Below, one piece after another: positions 19,653-29,275 of a DNA stretch of 64,000 bases. The notes under the pieces are model-generated. The model was not told where the DNA came from. It did no database searches and saw only the letters and a program-made list of their open reading frames with translations. Origin of the DNA: Inquilinaceae bacterium (GTDB taxonomy: Bacteria > Pseudomonadota > Alphaproteobacteria > DSM-16000 > Inquilinaceae). Made by a program: the position numbers and the translations under genes. Each line of letters starts with the position of its first letter. Positions within the stretch are counted from its first letter, which is position 1. The stretch is taken from NCBI GenBank assembly GCA_965250245.1, contig OZ252296.1:26994-90993 (forward strand), in the 5' to 3' direction.

Positions 19653-20615
19653 TCAGTCGTATTCGTAGGTGATCGACAGCGTGCCGGACTGGCGGATCGA
19701 TATGGGATCCTCGTAGCCGTCGAGTTCAAGCGACGACATCCAGTCGGTATGCCGGCGATACGGGATGAGAGTGTCCGGGTCGGAGATGACCCGGGTCGTG
19801 GATTCGAACCGGTATCTGTTGACCACCGTCTGGCTGTCGTTGCGCCGTAGGATGCTGACATAGGCCAGGAGCGCGGCCGGTCCCTCGGCAACCGTCCGGA
19901 GTTCCAATTCGACGCAGACGGCGCCGCCGGACTCGCCACAAGGGACATGGCCCAAAAAGCGGTATGTGGCCCGCACGGGGATCTGTCCGCCGCCGGTGAA
20001 CGGCACGTGCATCGTCTCCTGCTCGACGATCGCCCTGTTGGTCTCGATCTCCATGCCGGCCCAACGGCCGACCAAGTCACGCCACTGATTGGCGCTCGTC
20101 CGCGCGAACTCTCCCCGGCTCAGGGCCCGCTTGATGGTGGGAGCGAGGGATTCGAGATCGTCCGGGCCGATCGCGGCGGTGATCGGCTCGACGGCAGCCC
20201 GGACCGTTTGCAGGAAGTCATCCGATCGTTCGAGCCCGACGAACCGACCGGCGCGATTGACCCGGAAATCCGGCGGCCGCCTGTTGATCTGCGCGAAGAC
20301 TTCGGCGATCTGCCGGCTCAGGCCGGTGCTGGTATCCAGCACGACGTCGAAGCTGGTGTCGTCGAAGACGACAACCAGATCGTCGTCGACGGGCGATACG
20401 GAAAACCGATTGCTCCCGTGCGCCTCCAAGACGGTCGCGGTGCCGGCGTCCTGCTCGCTCTCATGGTGCTGCGTGTATGTGGCGCGACCGGTGAGATCGT
20501 CGGGCCAGGCAAACCGCAACGCGACGGAGTCGTCCGCAGCGGCGCCGCGTGTCGACGTAGCGGCCGCGAGCGCCATGGCGATGGCAATCGGGAGATGCGG
20601 GAACAGTCGGGTCAT
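19653..20615 (-). CDS. Hypothetical secreted protein (last gene of the ABC module)
   Basis: 321 aa from ATG 20615. Signal peptide MTRLFPHLPIAIAMALAAATSTRGAAA. No recognised domain. Confidence 0.65.
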   Translation of the reverse strand: MTRLFPHLPIAIAMALAAATSTRGAAADDSVALRFAWPDDLTGRATYTQHHESEQDAGTATVLEAHGSNRFSVSPVDDDLVVVFDDTSFDVVLDTSTGLSRQIAEVFAQINRRPPDFRVNRAGRFVGLERSDDFLQTVRAAVEPITAAIGPDDLESLAPTIKRALSRGEFARTSANQWRDLVGRWAGMEIETNRAIVEQETMHVPFTGGGQIPVRATYRFLGHVPCGESGGAVCVELELRTVAEGPAALLAYVSILRRNDSQTVVNRYRFESTTRVISDPDTLIPYRRHTDWMSSLELDGYEDPISIRQSGTLSITYEYD

Positions 20616-20683
20616 TGGTCCTCGTCTCTCGGCGGTTGGTGCATTGGAGGGCGTGGCCGCCAAGAGCGCGGCGAGCTTGTCCC

Positions 20684-22065
20684 CTACAGCACCTGTCGGT
20701 GGACGCCGAGCATCCGGTGTGCGAGCAGGGCCCAGATCGCGCCGGCCTGGATGAGCAACGACAGCAACGAGACGATCGCGCCGTCGCCCGACACCGGCCA
20801 GAGGAACGGCAGCAGGGGGGCGGCGAACAAGCCGGCCAGGATCGGCAAGACGATGCTCAGCAGCCCGACTGTCAACAATCCAAGCAGCTTCGTCGGATCG
20901 CCTGTGAAGCTGAATGCGAGATAGAGGAAGATGCCCGCATCGCGCGCCACGAGGAAGAACCCCGCGGGGACCACGTCGTGCGCAAGGCCATGCCAGTCCG
21001 CCTTCGCCAGCACGACCAGTTGCGGCTCGGATGCCAGGATCCAGACCATCACGATGGCAAGGACGATCAGCGTCGGAACCGATCGCGGTATCCGATGCGC
21101 GAGCGTCGACCAGTCCCGTCCGGCGATACTGCGCCCGAGGTGTCGGGCCAGGCGCCAATCCGCGGGATCGGTGAGGGCGGCCGCGTAGACAAGTACGGAC
21201 GCGGCGATGAACGGCAGCATATTGCCCACTCCGAGCGCAAGCGTCTCCACGGTCGATTCGGGCAGCCTGGGTCCGGTCACGAGACCAACGACGAACAGGA
21301 TCACGAACGCGACGAAGCCAAGCCAGGCAAGCGGACTATGGGTGTATCTGAACTCCCGCCGCATCAGGAGATGGGCGCCAAGCAGCGACCATGCGGCGAA
21401 GCCGGCCGCGAGGAGAATGAGGATATCCATCGCAAGGAACCGGTTGCCGAACCAGTTCAGCGTCATGTCGACCGGGAGGTTCACCCAGAGCAGCGCTATC
21501 GCGAATATGCCGGGCATGGTGACGAACAGAGCGCCGATCGTACCGCTTTCGCCCTCCTCTGCGGGCGGCGCGGCGATCAGGTCGAGCAGGGAGCCGATCA
21601 GGGAGCTGGTCTGCGCCAGGAAGGCGGCCAGGATCCAGACGGCGATATGCCGCACGAGAAGGTCGTCCGGGTAGCCCTGGTACCTGGCGATGTAGCTGAA
21701 GCAGAGAATACAGACCAGGGCGCCGAACCACACATTGACGCTGATCCCGAACACCTTGCCCCAGGTCATCGACCAGGGCGAGATGGACGACATCCTCTGC
21801 GCGTCCCAGGTATGGCCGGACAGCTCCTCGGCGATGGAATGGCCCGGCTTGCTTCCCATCAGGATGACGAAGAACGCGAAGGCGATGCCGCACAATTCGA
21901 TCCAGAGCGGATGGGCGTAGAGGCTGATATCCGCACGGCTGTCGGGAATGGCCGATACGAAGAAATAGATCCCCGCATAGACGGCGATGACCACCATGGC
22001 TCGCAGGGCCAGCCCGCGCGGGCTGTAGACGAGCCAAAGATTGCGGATGAATTCGGGATTTCGGG

Positions 22066-22069
<4 letters not shown>
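20684..22069 (-). CDS. Polytopic membrane protein, putative ABC-2-type permease
   Basis: 461 aa with many hydrophobic segments. Its start overlaps the stop of the upstream ATPase gene by 4 nt. Confidence 0.7.
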
Positions 22070-22995
<926 letters not shown>

Positions 22996-23115
22996 CGGCC
23001 CGCTCCGCCAATGGAGGGGCAAACTGGCGTGTCGGGATTGAGAAATGCCTAACGCCAATCGCGAGTCGCGCTCAACCGGCACTACCTGACCGGGTGCGGC
23101 GCCCGGTGCCGGGGG

Positions 23116-24651
23116 TCAACGGCTAGACGTGGCGGGCTCCGACCGCAATGCGTCCAAGGCACTGTCCTTCAGCGCCAGCCGCTCCTCGATCAGCCCGTAG
23201 GCGATGTAGAACCGGTAGACGTTGCGGACGTATTCGACGGTCTCCCGGCCGATGCGGTCGGCGGCCACCAGCTCCACGTTGCGGAACCAGCGGTCCGGAT
23301 CGAGATCACGGTCTGCGGCCGAGCGGCGCAGGCCGGAAACGCGCGCCGGCCCGGCATTGTAGGCGGCGAAGGTGAACAGCCAGCGATCCAGCTCATCCAT
23401 CTGGTCCGCCGTGAAATAGCGGTCGTGCAGGAAGCGCAGATACTTCACGCCGGCATGGATGTTGCCGTCCACCGTATCGATGGCGGATATCGCGACATTG
23501 GGGTCTCCGGCCGTGCTCGGCAGGACCTGCATGACGCCGACGGCGCCGGCGGCGCTCTGCCGGCCCTGGTCCAGCCGGGATTCCTGGTAGCCGACAGCGG
23601 CGACCATCGGCCAGTCGATCCCATAGGTGCCGGCGTGGCGGATGATGGCGGCGAGCACCCGGTCCTCCGCGGCGAGGTCACCCAAGGCCACCGCCGTTTC
23701 GGTGAAGCGCCGGTCGCCCAGATAGCGCTCGTAGAGGATGTTGCCCAGCAGGCTGCCCTTGGCGTTGTCGGCGATGAAGGCGTTGACCGCTGCCTCCAGC
23801 CCCGGGCTGTCCTCGCGGAACGCCCAGGCGATGGCGCCACCGGTGTTGACCGCGATGTCCGGATGCAGGGTGATGTCCGGGAAGAACTGGGCCCAGAACT
23901 CGGCCTTGTGGTTGTCCATCACGATCATCGGCAGCAGGCCGGCATTGACCAGCTCCAGCAGGTCCTCGTCCTCCAGATGCTCATCCGCCGGGACCAGGTC
24001 GATGGGCGCGCTGCCGGCGGCCTCGAAGGCGGCGCTGAGGCGGAGCAGGCTGGTGTAGTAGCTCGAGGACGGGCGGACATGAACCCGCGCGCCGGACAGA
24101 TCGTCGAGGCTGGCCATCTCCGGCGCCGCGGGCCCGGTGATCAGGATTTCGCTGACATCGGTCAGGATCGGCCGGGAGAAGTCGACCCGGGCCTCTCGCT
24201 CCGGCGTGATCGTCAGGTTGCCGGCGGCGATGTCCCCGAGCCCTTCGATCAGGCCCGGGATCAGCCGGTCGCGGCTGACCGGGATCACCACCACCTCGAC
24301 ATCGACGGTGCCGAGCCCGAGATCGGCGTTCAGCCGCTCCTCGAAGGCCTTCAGCAGCTCGTAGGTCAGGCCGCGCTGGGTGCCGCCGTCCAGGAAATAG
24401 AAGGTGCGGCTGTAGGGGACCAGGGCGCGGATCCGGTGGCGCTCCACCATGCCCTCGAGATCGCCAGTCCACCGCTCGACGAACCGGTTGGCCGCCGCGG
24501 CCGGCGGATCCGCCGGCGGCCCGGGTTGTGGGCCGGGCGGCGGCGGGAGGAGCAGCACGAGGGCGATCAGCCCGAGCACGGGGAGCACGATGAGGCCGAC
24601 GACGGTCAGCGCTGCCATCCGTGACTTCCAGCGGCTGCCGGGCACCGTCAT
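23116..24651 (-). CDS. MltF-like lytic transglycosylase (solute-binding-like domain + SLT domain)
   Basis: 511 aa with an N-terminal TM anchor, an SBP_bac_3-like region and an SLT catalytic region (GYQESRLDQ...GVMQVLPSTA). Confidence 0.85.
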   Translation of the reverse strand: MTVPGSRWKSRMAALTVVGLIVLPVLGLIALVLLLPPPPGPQPGPPADPPAAAANRFVERWTGDLEGMVERHRIRALVPYSRTFYFLDGGTQRGLTYELLKAFEERLNADLGLGTVDVEVVVIPVSRDRLIPGLIEGLGDIAAGNLTITPEREARVDFSRPILTDVSEILITGPAAPEMASLDDLSGARVHVRPSSSYYTSLLRLSAAFEAAGSAPIDLVPADEHLEDEDLLELVNAGLLPMIVMDNHKAEFWAQFFPDITLHPDIAVNTGGAIAWAFREDSPGLEAAVNAFIADNAKGSLLGNILYERYLGDRRFTETAVALGDLAAEDRVLAAIIRHAGTYGIDWPMVAAVGYQESRLDQGRQSAAGAVGVMQVLPSTAGDPNVAISAIDTVDGNIHAGVKYLRFLHDRYFTADQMDELDRWLFTFAAYNAGPARVSGLRRSAADRDLDPDRWFRNVELVAADRIGRETVEYVRNVYRFYIAYGLIEERLALKDSALDALRSEPATSSR

Positions 24652-25325
24652 CCGGCCGGGCGCACGAACACCCCGTCCATGGCGATCAGGCGGGCGGTGC
24701 GGCGATTGAAGTATCCGGGGATGAACAGGGCGGGGGCGAAGCCGAGGCCGTCGAGATGATCGATCATCTCCTGCCAGGACGGCTCGCCGACATAGACCGG
24801 CACGATGGACAGTTCGAGCTGGATGGCGCGGACCCGTTCCAGGATTGCGCCGGCGCCGTCCAGAACGGCGCGGTCGTAGCCCTGGGTGTCCGACTTGAGG
24901 AGCACATGGTCACCGTCTTGCGCGAAATCATCGAAGACGGCGTCGAGGCGGGCCTGCGGCACGGACTCGGACCCGGTGAACGCGGCACTGTCCAGCAGCT
25001 CCGCCATCTCGTCGGTCATCGCCAGGGCCGAGCTCATGTCGGAGGTGGGCGACAGGTTCAGGGTCAGCGGTTCCGTGCTGTCGCCCAGCGCCATGCGCGG
25101 CGCCACGGTCCACTCCGTGTCGCCGGCCGCCGCCTCGACCAGAGCGGCATGCGCCGCGGTCTGCGGCTCGAAGGACACGATCCGGCCGGCATAGCCGGCG
25201 CGCCGCAACCGCTGGCCGTATTGTCCGGTGTTGCCGCCGACATCGAGCACCAGGTCAATGCCGTGATGGGACAGCAGCGTCGCCAGGTTGCGGCTGTCCT
25301 TCGAAGGCGGCGCACCGCTGCTCAC
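24648..25325 (-). CDS. FkbM-family methyltransferase
   Basis: 225 aa with the SAM-binding motif LDVGGNTGQY. FkbM-type C-terminus. Its stop overlaps the mltF-like ATG (ATGA). Confidence 0.8.
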   Translation of the reverse strand: MSSGAPPSKDSRNLATLLSHHGIDLVLDVGGNTGQYGQRLRRAGYAGRIVSFEPQTAAHAALVEAAAGDTEWTVAPRMALGDSTEPLTLNLSPTSDMSSALAMTDEMAELLDSAAFTGSESVPQARLDAVFDDFAQDGDHVLLKSDTQGYDRAVLDGAGAILERVRAIQLELSIVPVYVGEPSWQEMIDHLDGLGFAPALFIPGYFNRRTARLIAMDGVFVRPAG

Positions 25326-25831
25326 GGCGAGACCAGCCGCTTGCGGTAGTGATACTCGACGGTATCGGAGAGGTCGTACAGGTCCCGGGTCTCGGGCAGG
25401 CGCTCGTAGCCGAGGCGCTCATAGAGCCGGTGCGCGTCGGCGAAGCGCGTGTCGGTCCACAGTTCAATGAAGGCCGCATCGCGCCGGGCCGCGTCTTCCT
25501 CCACCAATCCGACGAGCCGGCGGCCCAGTCCACGGCCGCGCATGGCGCTGTCCACATAGAGCTTCAGCAGCTCGACGCCGGCCTTGTCCGGCGCCGGGGC
25601 GACGCCGATGCAGCCGACGACACTGCCTTCGGCCTCTGCGACCCAGAAGTGGCCGTCCCGTGCGGCGAAAGCGGTGGCGATGGCGCGCAGCTCCGGGATC
25701 TCGCCATCGACGTCCAGCACGCAGCCTGGATATTCGGCGAAACAGCCGCCGATCAGGGTGATCAGCCCGTCCTCGTCCTCGTCGCGGGCGGGTCGGATGG
25801 TCGGTTGCGGCGCGGTCATGGCCGTCTGCAC
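25322..25831 (-). CDS. GNAT family N-acetyltransferase
   Basis: 169 aa with the acetyl-CoA motif MRGRGLGRRLV. Alternative ATG at 25819. Confidence 0.85.
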   Translation of the reverse strand: MQTAMTAPQPTIRPARDEDEDGLITLIGGCFAEYPGCVLDVDGEIPELRAIATAFAARDGHFWVAEAEGSVVGCIGVAPAPDKAGVELLKLYVDSAMRGRGLGRRLVGLVEEDAARRDAAFIELWTDTRFADAHRLYERLGYERLPETRDLYDLSDTVEYHYRKRLVSP

Positions 25832-25835
25832 GCCG

Positions 25836-26672
25836 TCAGCGCGAATGGGCGTAGTCCCAATAGAGCTCGCGGGCCCGGGAATAGACCGGGCCCGGTTGCA
25901 GATCGCGGTTCTCGACCCGGGTGAAGGGCAGGACCTTGCCGTGGTTGCCGGAGGAGAACACCTCGTCCGCCGCCATCAGCGCCGGCACGGTCACCCGCTC
26001 CTCACGGACGTCGTAGCCGTCCTCGCGCAGCAGCCCGATGATCCGCTTGCGGGTGATGCCGTCCAGGAAGCAGCCATTGGGCGCCGGGGTGAAGACGACA
26101 CCGTCGCGGGCGTAGAACAGGTTGGCGGTGGCGAATTCGGCCACGTTGCCCATCTGGTCCAGCACGATTGCGTTCTGGTAGCCGCGGTCGATGGCCTCGC
26201 GCAGAGCCAGCCCCGACTGCGGATAGAGGCAGGCGGCCTTGGCCTCGGTGGGCGCGGTCTCCGGCGTCGGCCGGCGGCGCGAGGACACGATGGCGGAAGA
26301 CCCGGCCGGATCCGGCAGTGCGGCTTCGTAGACCGAGATGGCGAAGCGGGTGGTGTCCGGGTCCGGCGCGACGAAGCCGCTTTCGGCCCAGTACATGGGC
26401 CGGATGTAGAGCGCGGTGCCTTCCGGGAAGCGGGCGATGCCGTCGCGCGCCAGCCCCTCGATGGCCTCGGCGTCGTGGGACGGGTTCAGCCCCATGACAT
26501 GGGCTGAATTGACCACCCTCTGGCAGTGCAGGTCGAGGTCCGGCGCCACGCCCTCGAAGGCGCGGGCGCCGTCGAAGACGCAGGAGCCGAGCCAGGTGGC
26601 ATGGGTCATCGGCCCGAAGATGCCGGGATTGCCCTCAAGCCATTCGCCATTGAAGAAGGTCTGCGGCGCCAT
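25836..26672 (-). CDS. Class-IV (branched-chain amino acid type) aminotransferase
   Basis: 278 aa. Fold-type IV PLP enzyme pattern (NGEWLEGNPGIFGPMTHATWLGSCVFDGARAF...). Confidence 0.85.
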   Translation of the reverse strand: MAPQTFFNGEWLEGNPGIFGPMTHATWLGSCVFDGARAFEGVAPDLDLHCQRVVNSAHVMGLNPSHDAEAIEGLARDGIARFPEGTALYIRPMYWAESGFVAPDPDTTRFAISVYEAALPDPAGSSAIVSSRRRPTPETAPTEAKAACLYPQSGLALREAIDRGYQNAIVLDQMGNVAEFATANLFYARDGVVFTPAPNGCFLDGITRKRIIGLLREDGYDVREERVTVPALMAADEVFSSGNHGKVLPFTRVENRDLQPGPVYSRARELYWDYAHSR

Positions 26673-26757
26673 GCCTCGCTCCGTGCGCTGATGTCCGCCG
26701 CACCATAGCCCGAGCGTCGCGGCGCTGCCAACGACGCCTCGGCGATCGGTTGCCGGT

Positions 26758-27384
26758 CTACTGGCTGGCCCAGATGATGCGGGCCATCCAGGCCAGTTCG
26801 CTCTTCTTCAGGGTGCGGGTCGGATGCGCCGGGTTGAAAGAGCGCAGCTCGAATCGGTTGGCGCTCTGCCGCGCCAGCTCCTTGGCCATGACCTCGCCGC
26901 CGGTGGTGCGGACCACGACCCGGTCGCCGCGGCGGATGCTGGCGGCCGGCGAGACGATGATCCGGTCGCCATCGCGATAGACCGGCTCCATGCTGTCGCC
27001 AGCGATCTCCAGCGCGTAGGCGTGCGGGTCGCCGACCTCCGGGAACAGCACCTCGTCCCAGCCGGTGCCGGCTGGATAGCCGGCATCGTCGAAGAAACCT
27101 TCCGCACCCGCCTGGGCGTAGCCGAGGATCGGGATGCGCGGCGCCGCCTCGCCGGGCTCCGCCAGCAGGCTGACGAACTCCGCCATGTTGCTGCCGGTGG
27201 CGCTGAGGATCTTGGCGAGGCTCTCGGTGGACGGCCAGCGCAGCTTGCCCTGCGGCGTCACCCGCTTGCTGGGATTGAAGGTGGTGGGGTCGAGCCCGGC
27301 CCGGCGGGCCAGTCCGGACGCGGAAAGCCCGTACCGCTTGGCCAGCAGATCGATCGCGTGCCACACGTCACTATGCCTCAACAT
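26758..27384 (-). CDS. HTH + S24 peptidase (LexA / phage-repressor-like) transcriptional regulator
   Basis: 209 aa from ATG 27384. N-terminal HTH (LSASGLARRAGLDPTTF) and a C-terminal S24 domain (AYALEIAGDSMEPVYRDGDRIIV...GGEVMAKEL). Confidence 0.85.
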   Translation of the reverse strand: MLRHSDVWHAIDLLAKRYGLSASGLARRAGLDPTTFNPSKRVTPQGKLRWPSTESLAKILSATGSNMAEFVSLLAEPGEAAPRIPILGYAQAGAEGFFDDAGYPAGTGWDEVLFPEVGDPHAYALEIAGDSMEPVYRDGDRIIVSPAASIRRGDRVVVRTTGGEVMAKELARQSANRFELRSFNPAHPTRTLKKSELAWMARIIWASQ

Positions 27385-27434
27385 AGGAACATGTTCACAT
27401 AATCGGGATGGATTCGTCGCTAGGAACGTATTCG
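27384..27434 (-). promoter_or_regulatory. Two operator-like boxes upstream of the S24 regulator
   Basis: TAGGAACATGTTCA (27384-27397, abutting the start codon) and TAGGAACGTATTCG (27421-27434), with centres about 36 bp apart. The first contains the perfect palindrome GAACATGTTC. Confidence 0.4.
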
Positions 27435-27487
27435 CAGGGGCAACGGGAGGTGCGACGGCAGGCCGATCGCCCGCCGCCGTGCCAAGG

Positions 27488-27730
27488 TCAATCGTCGTGC
27501 AGCACCATCGCGCGATAGATCTTCCAGGCGACCTCGACCGACACGCCGGCCGCACGCGCGCCGGCCGCCAGCATGGCTGCGGTGGGCTTGACCGGAACCG
27601 TCACCGACCCTGCCTCGCTCTGGGCCGACCGGCCTTCCAGAGAGAGGGCCATGGTCTGGTCGGGTCCGGGGCGAGTGGGGGCTGAGGTATCCATCTTCTC
27701 GTCGCTCACAATCCGTAACTCCTGATCCAA
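27488..27730 (-). CDS. Small hypothetical protein (44-80 aa, start uncertain)
   Basis: High-GC3 ORF. Possible starts are TTG 27730, ATG 27694 and ATG 27652. The C-terminus is PTAAMLAAGARAAGVSVEVAWKIYRAMVLHDD. Confidence 0.45.
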   Translation of the reverse strand: MDQELRIVSDEKMDTSAPTRPGPDQTMALSLEGRSAQSEAGSVTVPVKPTAAMLAAGARAAGVSVEVAWKIYRAMVLHDD

Positions 27731-27739
27731 GCGTTACAG

Positions 27740-27970
27740 ACGCAAGAGCGGTGCCAAATCCAGGTATCGAGACGAAATCGAGTCGATTTACTCAAAAAAT
27801 CCCGAAATATTTTTAGAAAATCGGGAGTTATATAATTGATCGGCTCGAGTAACATTTGATTAGGGTTAATGAAAGTTAACCGATATTGGGCAATTTAGTT
27901 GGCAATTTGCGATTCAATATTGCGACGGATTTGCAAAATGCGAATCGGCATTGGGAACGATGTTCCCGCG
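27740..27970. promoter_or_regulatory. AT-rich intergenic island dense in short palindromes and direct repeats
   Basis: Hand count for 27781-27960: 65 G+C of 180 (36%). Repeats seen:
- AAATCGA-G-TCGATTT (27775-89);
- TCCCGA/TCGGGA arms (27800/27821);
- GTTAA-N6-TTAAC (27865-80);
- GGCAATTT x2 (27889, 27901);
- ATTTGC x2;
- TGCGA x3;
- GGGAAC-GAT-GTTCCC (27953-67). Confidence 0.6.
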
Positions 27971-28133
27971 CCGGAACGCGATTCCACTATGGCAGCGACA
28001 TGACGGTCTGCCTGTACCCACCGTCACAACCCGGTGCTATGAAAGACCCTGCTCCGCGCCGCCGGGATGCCGGGAAAGAACCGGATAGGGGGCGGGTGCG
28101 GATCGGTCCGAGCCGCGTGAGGCACCGCCACCC

Positions 28134-29189
28134 TTGTTGCCAGATTTGTTCCCGATCCTGCGGCCGTTGTTGCACGCTCTGCCGCCGGAGGCCGCGCACC
28201 GGCTGACCTTGTGGGGCCTGCGGGCCGGCCTGGCGCCGCGTGCCGCGGGGGATGACGATCCGATCCTGCGGACCCGCGTCTGGGAACGGCAATTCGCCAA
28301 TCCGATCGGTCTCGCGGCCGGCTTCGACAAGGACGCGGTCGCCATTGCCCCGCTGCTTGGACTCGGCCTGGGATTCGTCGAGGTGGGCGGCGTCACGCCG
28401 CGCCCGCAGCCGGGCAATCCGCGGCCACGCGTGTTCCGGCTGCCGGAGCAGGGGGCTCTGATCAACCGCCTTGGGCTGAACAGCCCGGGCATGGAGGCGG
28501 TCGCGGCCAATCTCGACGGGCACCGCCGGACAGGCCCCGTCGGCGTCAATCTCGGCCGCAACAAGGACAGCGCCGATGCCGAGGCGGATTACCGGGTCCT
28601 CGTCTCGCGCTTTGCCGGGTTGGCCGATTTCCTGGTCGTCAACGTGTCATCGCCGAACACGCCAGGACTGCGGGCGCTGCAGGACCGCGACGCGCTCGCC
28701 GCCCTGCTGGCGGCGATCCTGGCGGCGCGGGCAGAGACCGGGCAGCAAACGCCGGTGCTGGTGAAAATCGCGCCGGACCTGATCGAGGAGGAACGGGCCG
28801 ACATCGCCGCCGTCGCGCTCGACAGCGGCATCGACGGGCTGGTGGTCTCGAACACGACCATCGCCCGGCCGGAGAGCCTGCCGCCGGCGCTGGCGGCAGA
28901 GGCCGGTGGGTTGAGCGGGCGGCCGCTCATGGGACCGTCAACGGCGTTGCTGGGCGAGATGGCGCGGCGGACCGAAGGCCGATTGCCGATCATCGGTGTC
29001 GGCGGGGTTGCCAGCGGCGCGGACGCCTATGCCAAGATCCGCGCCGGGGCGTCGCTGGTCCAGCTCTACACCGCGCTGGTCTATGGCGGGCCGGGGCTGG
29101 TGGCCGCGATCAAGCGCGACCTGGCGGAGCGGCTGCGCGCGGACGGCTTCGCGTCCGTCGCCGAGGCGGTCGGGGCCGACAACCGCTGA
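28134..29189 (+). CDS. pyrD: Dihydroorotate dehydrogenase (quinone), class 2
   Basis: 351 aa with motifs GLAAGFDKD, VEVGGVTPRPQPGNPRPRVFRL, NVSSPNTPGLR, GGLSGRPL and IIGVGGV. TTG start. Confidence 0.95.
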   Translation: MLPDLFPILRPLLHALPPEAAHRLTLWGLRAGLAPRAAGDDDPILRTRVWERQFANPIGLAAGFDKDAVAIAPLLGLGLGFVEVGGVTPRPQPGNPRPRVFRLPEQGALINRLGLNSPGMEAVAANLDGHRRTGPVGVNLGRNKDSADAEADYRVLVSRFAGLADFLVVNVSSPNTPGLRALQDRDALAALLAAILAARAETGQQTPVLVKIAPDLIEEERADIAAVALDSGIDGLVVSNTTIARPESLPPALAAEAGGLSGRPLMGPSTALLGEMARRTEGRLPIIGVGGVASGADAYAKIRAGASLVQLYTALVYGGPGLVAAIKRDLAERLRADGFASVAEAVGADNR

Positions 29190-29275
29190 ACCATGGCAAG
29201 AGAAAATTAACCGAAAAACAAGGAAAGCGGGCAACGATCCAGGCTCCCTGATCCTGGACCTTTCCCGCCACGCCG

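Noticed and set aside
27384-27434. Canonical SOS (LexA) box upstream of the S24 regulator
   Set aside because: The alphaproteobacterial LexA site is a GTTC-N7-GTTC direct repeat, and the Gram-positive box is GAAC-N4-GTTC. Here the spacing is GAAC-N2-GTTC, so it is reported only as a candidate operator for this specific regulator.
26758-27730. Prophage remnant (CI-like repressor plus small ORF)
   Set aside because: No integrase, excisionase, structural or lysis genes are present, and no att-like direct repeats or tRNA lie within the flanking 10 kb. The regulator looks like a stand-alone chromosomal gene.
27740-27970. Chromosomal replication origin or CtrA-controlled site in the AT-rich island
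   Set aside because: No DnaA-box-like TTATCCACA/TGTGGATAA is seen, and no dnaA, hemE or parAB context is present. The TTAA pair in GTTAATGAAAGTTAAC is spaced N6 rather than the CtrA N7.
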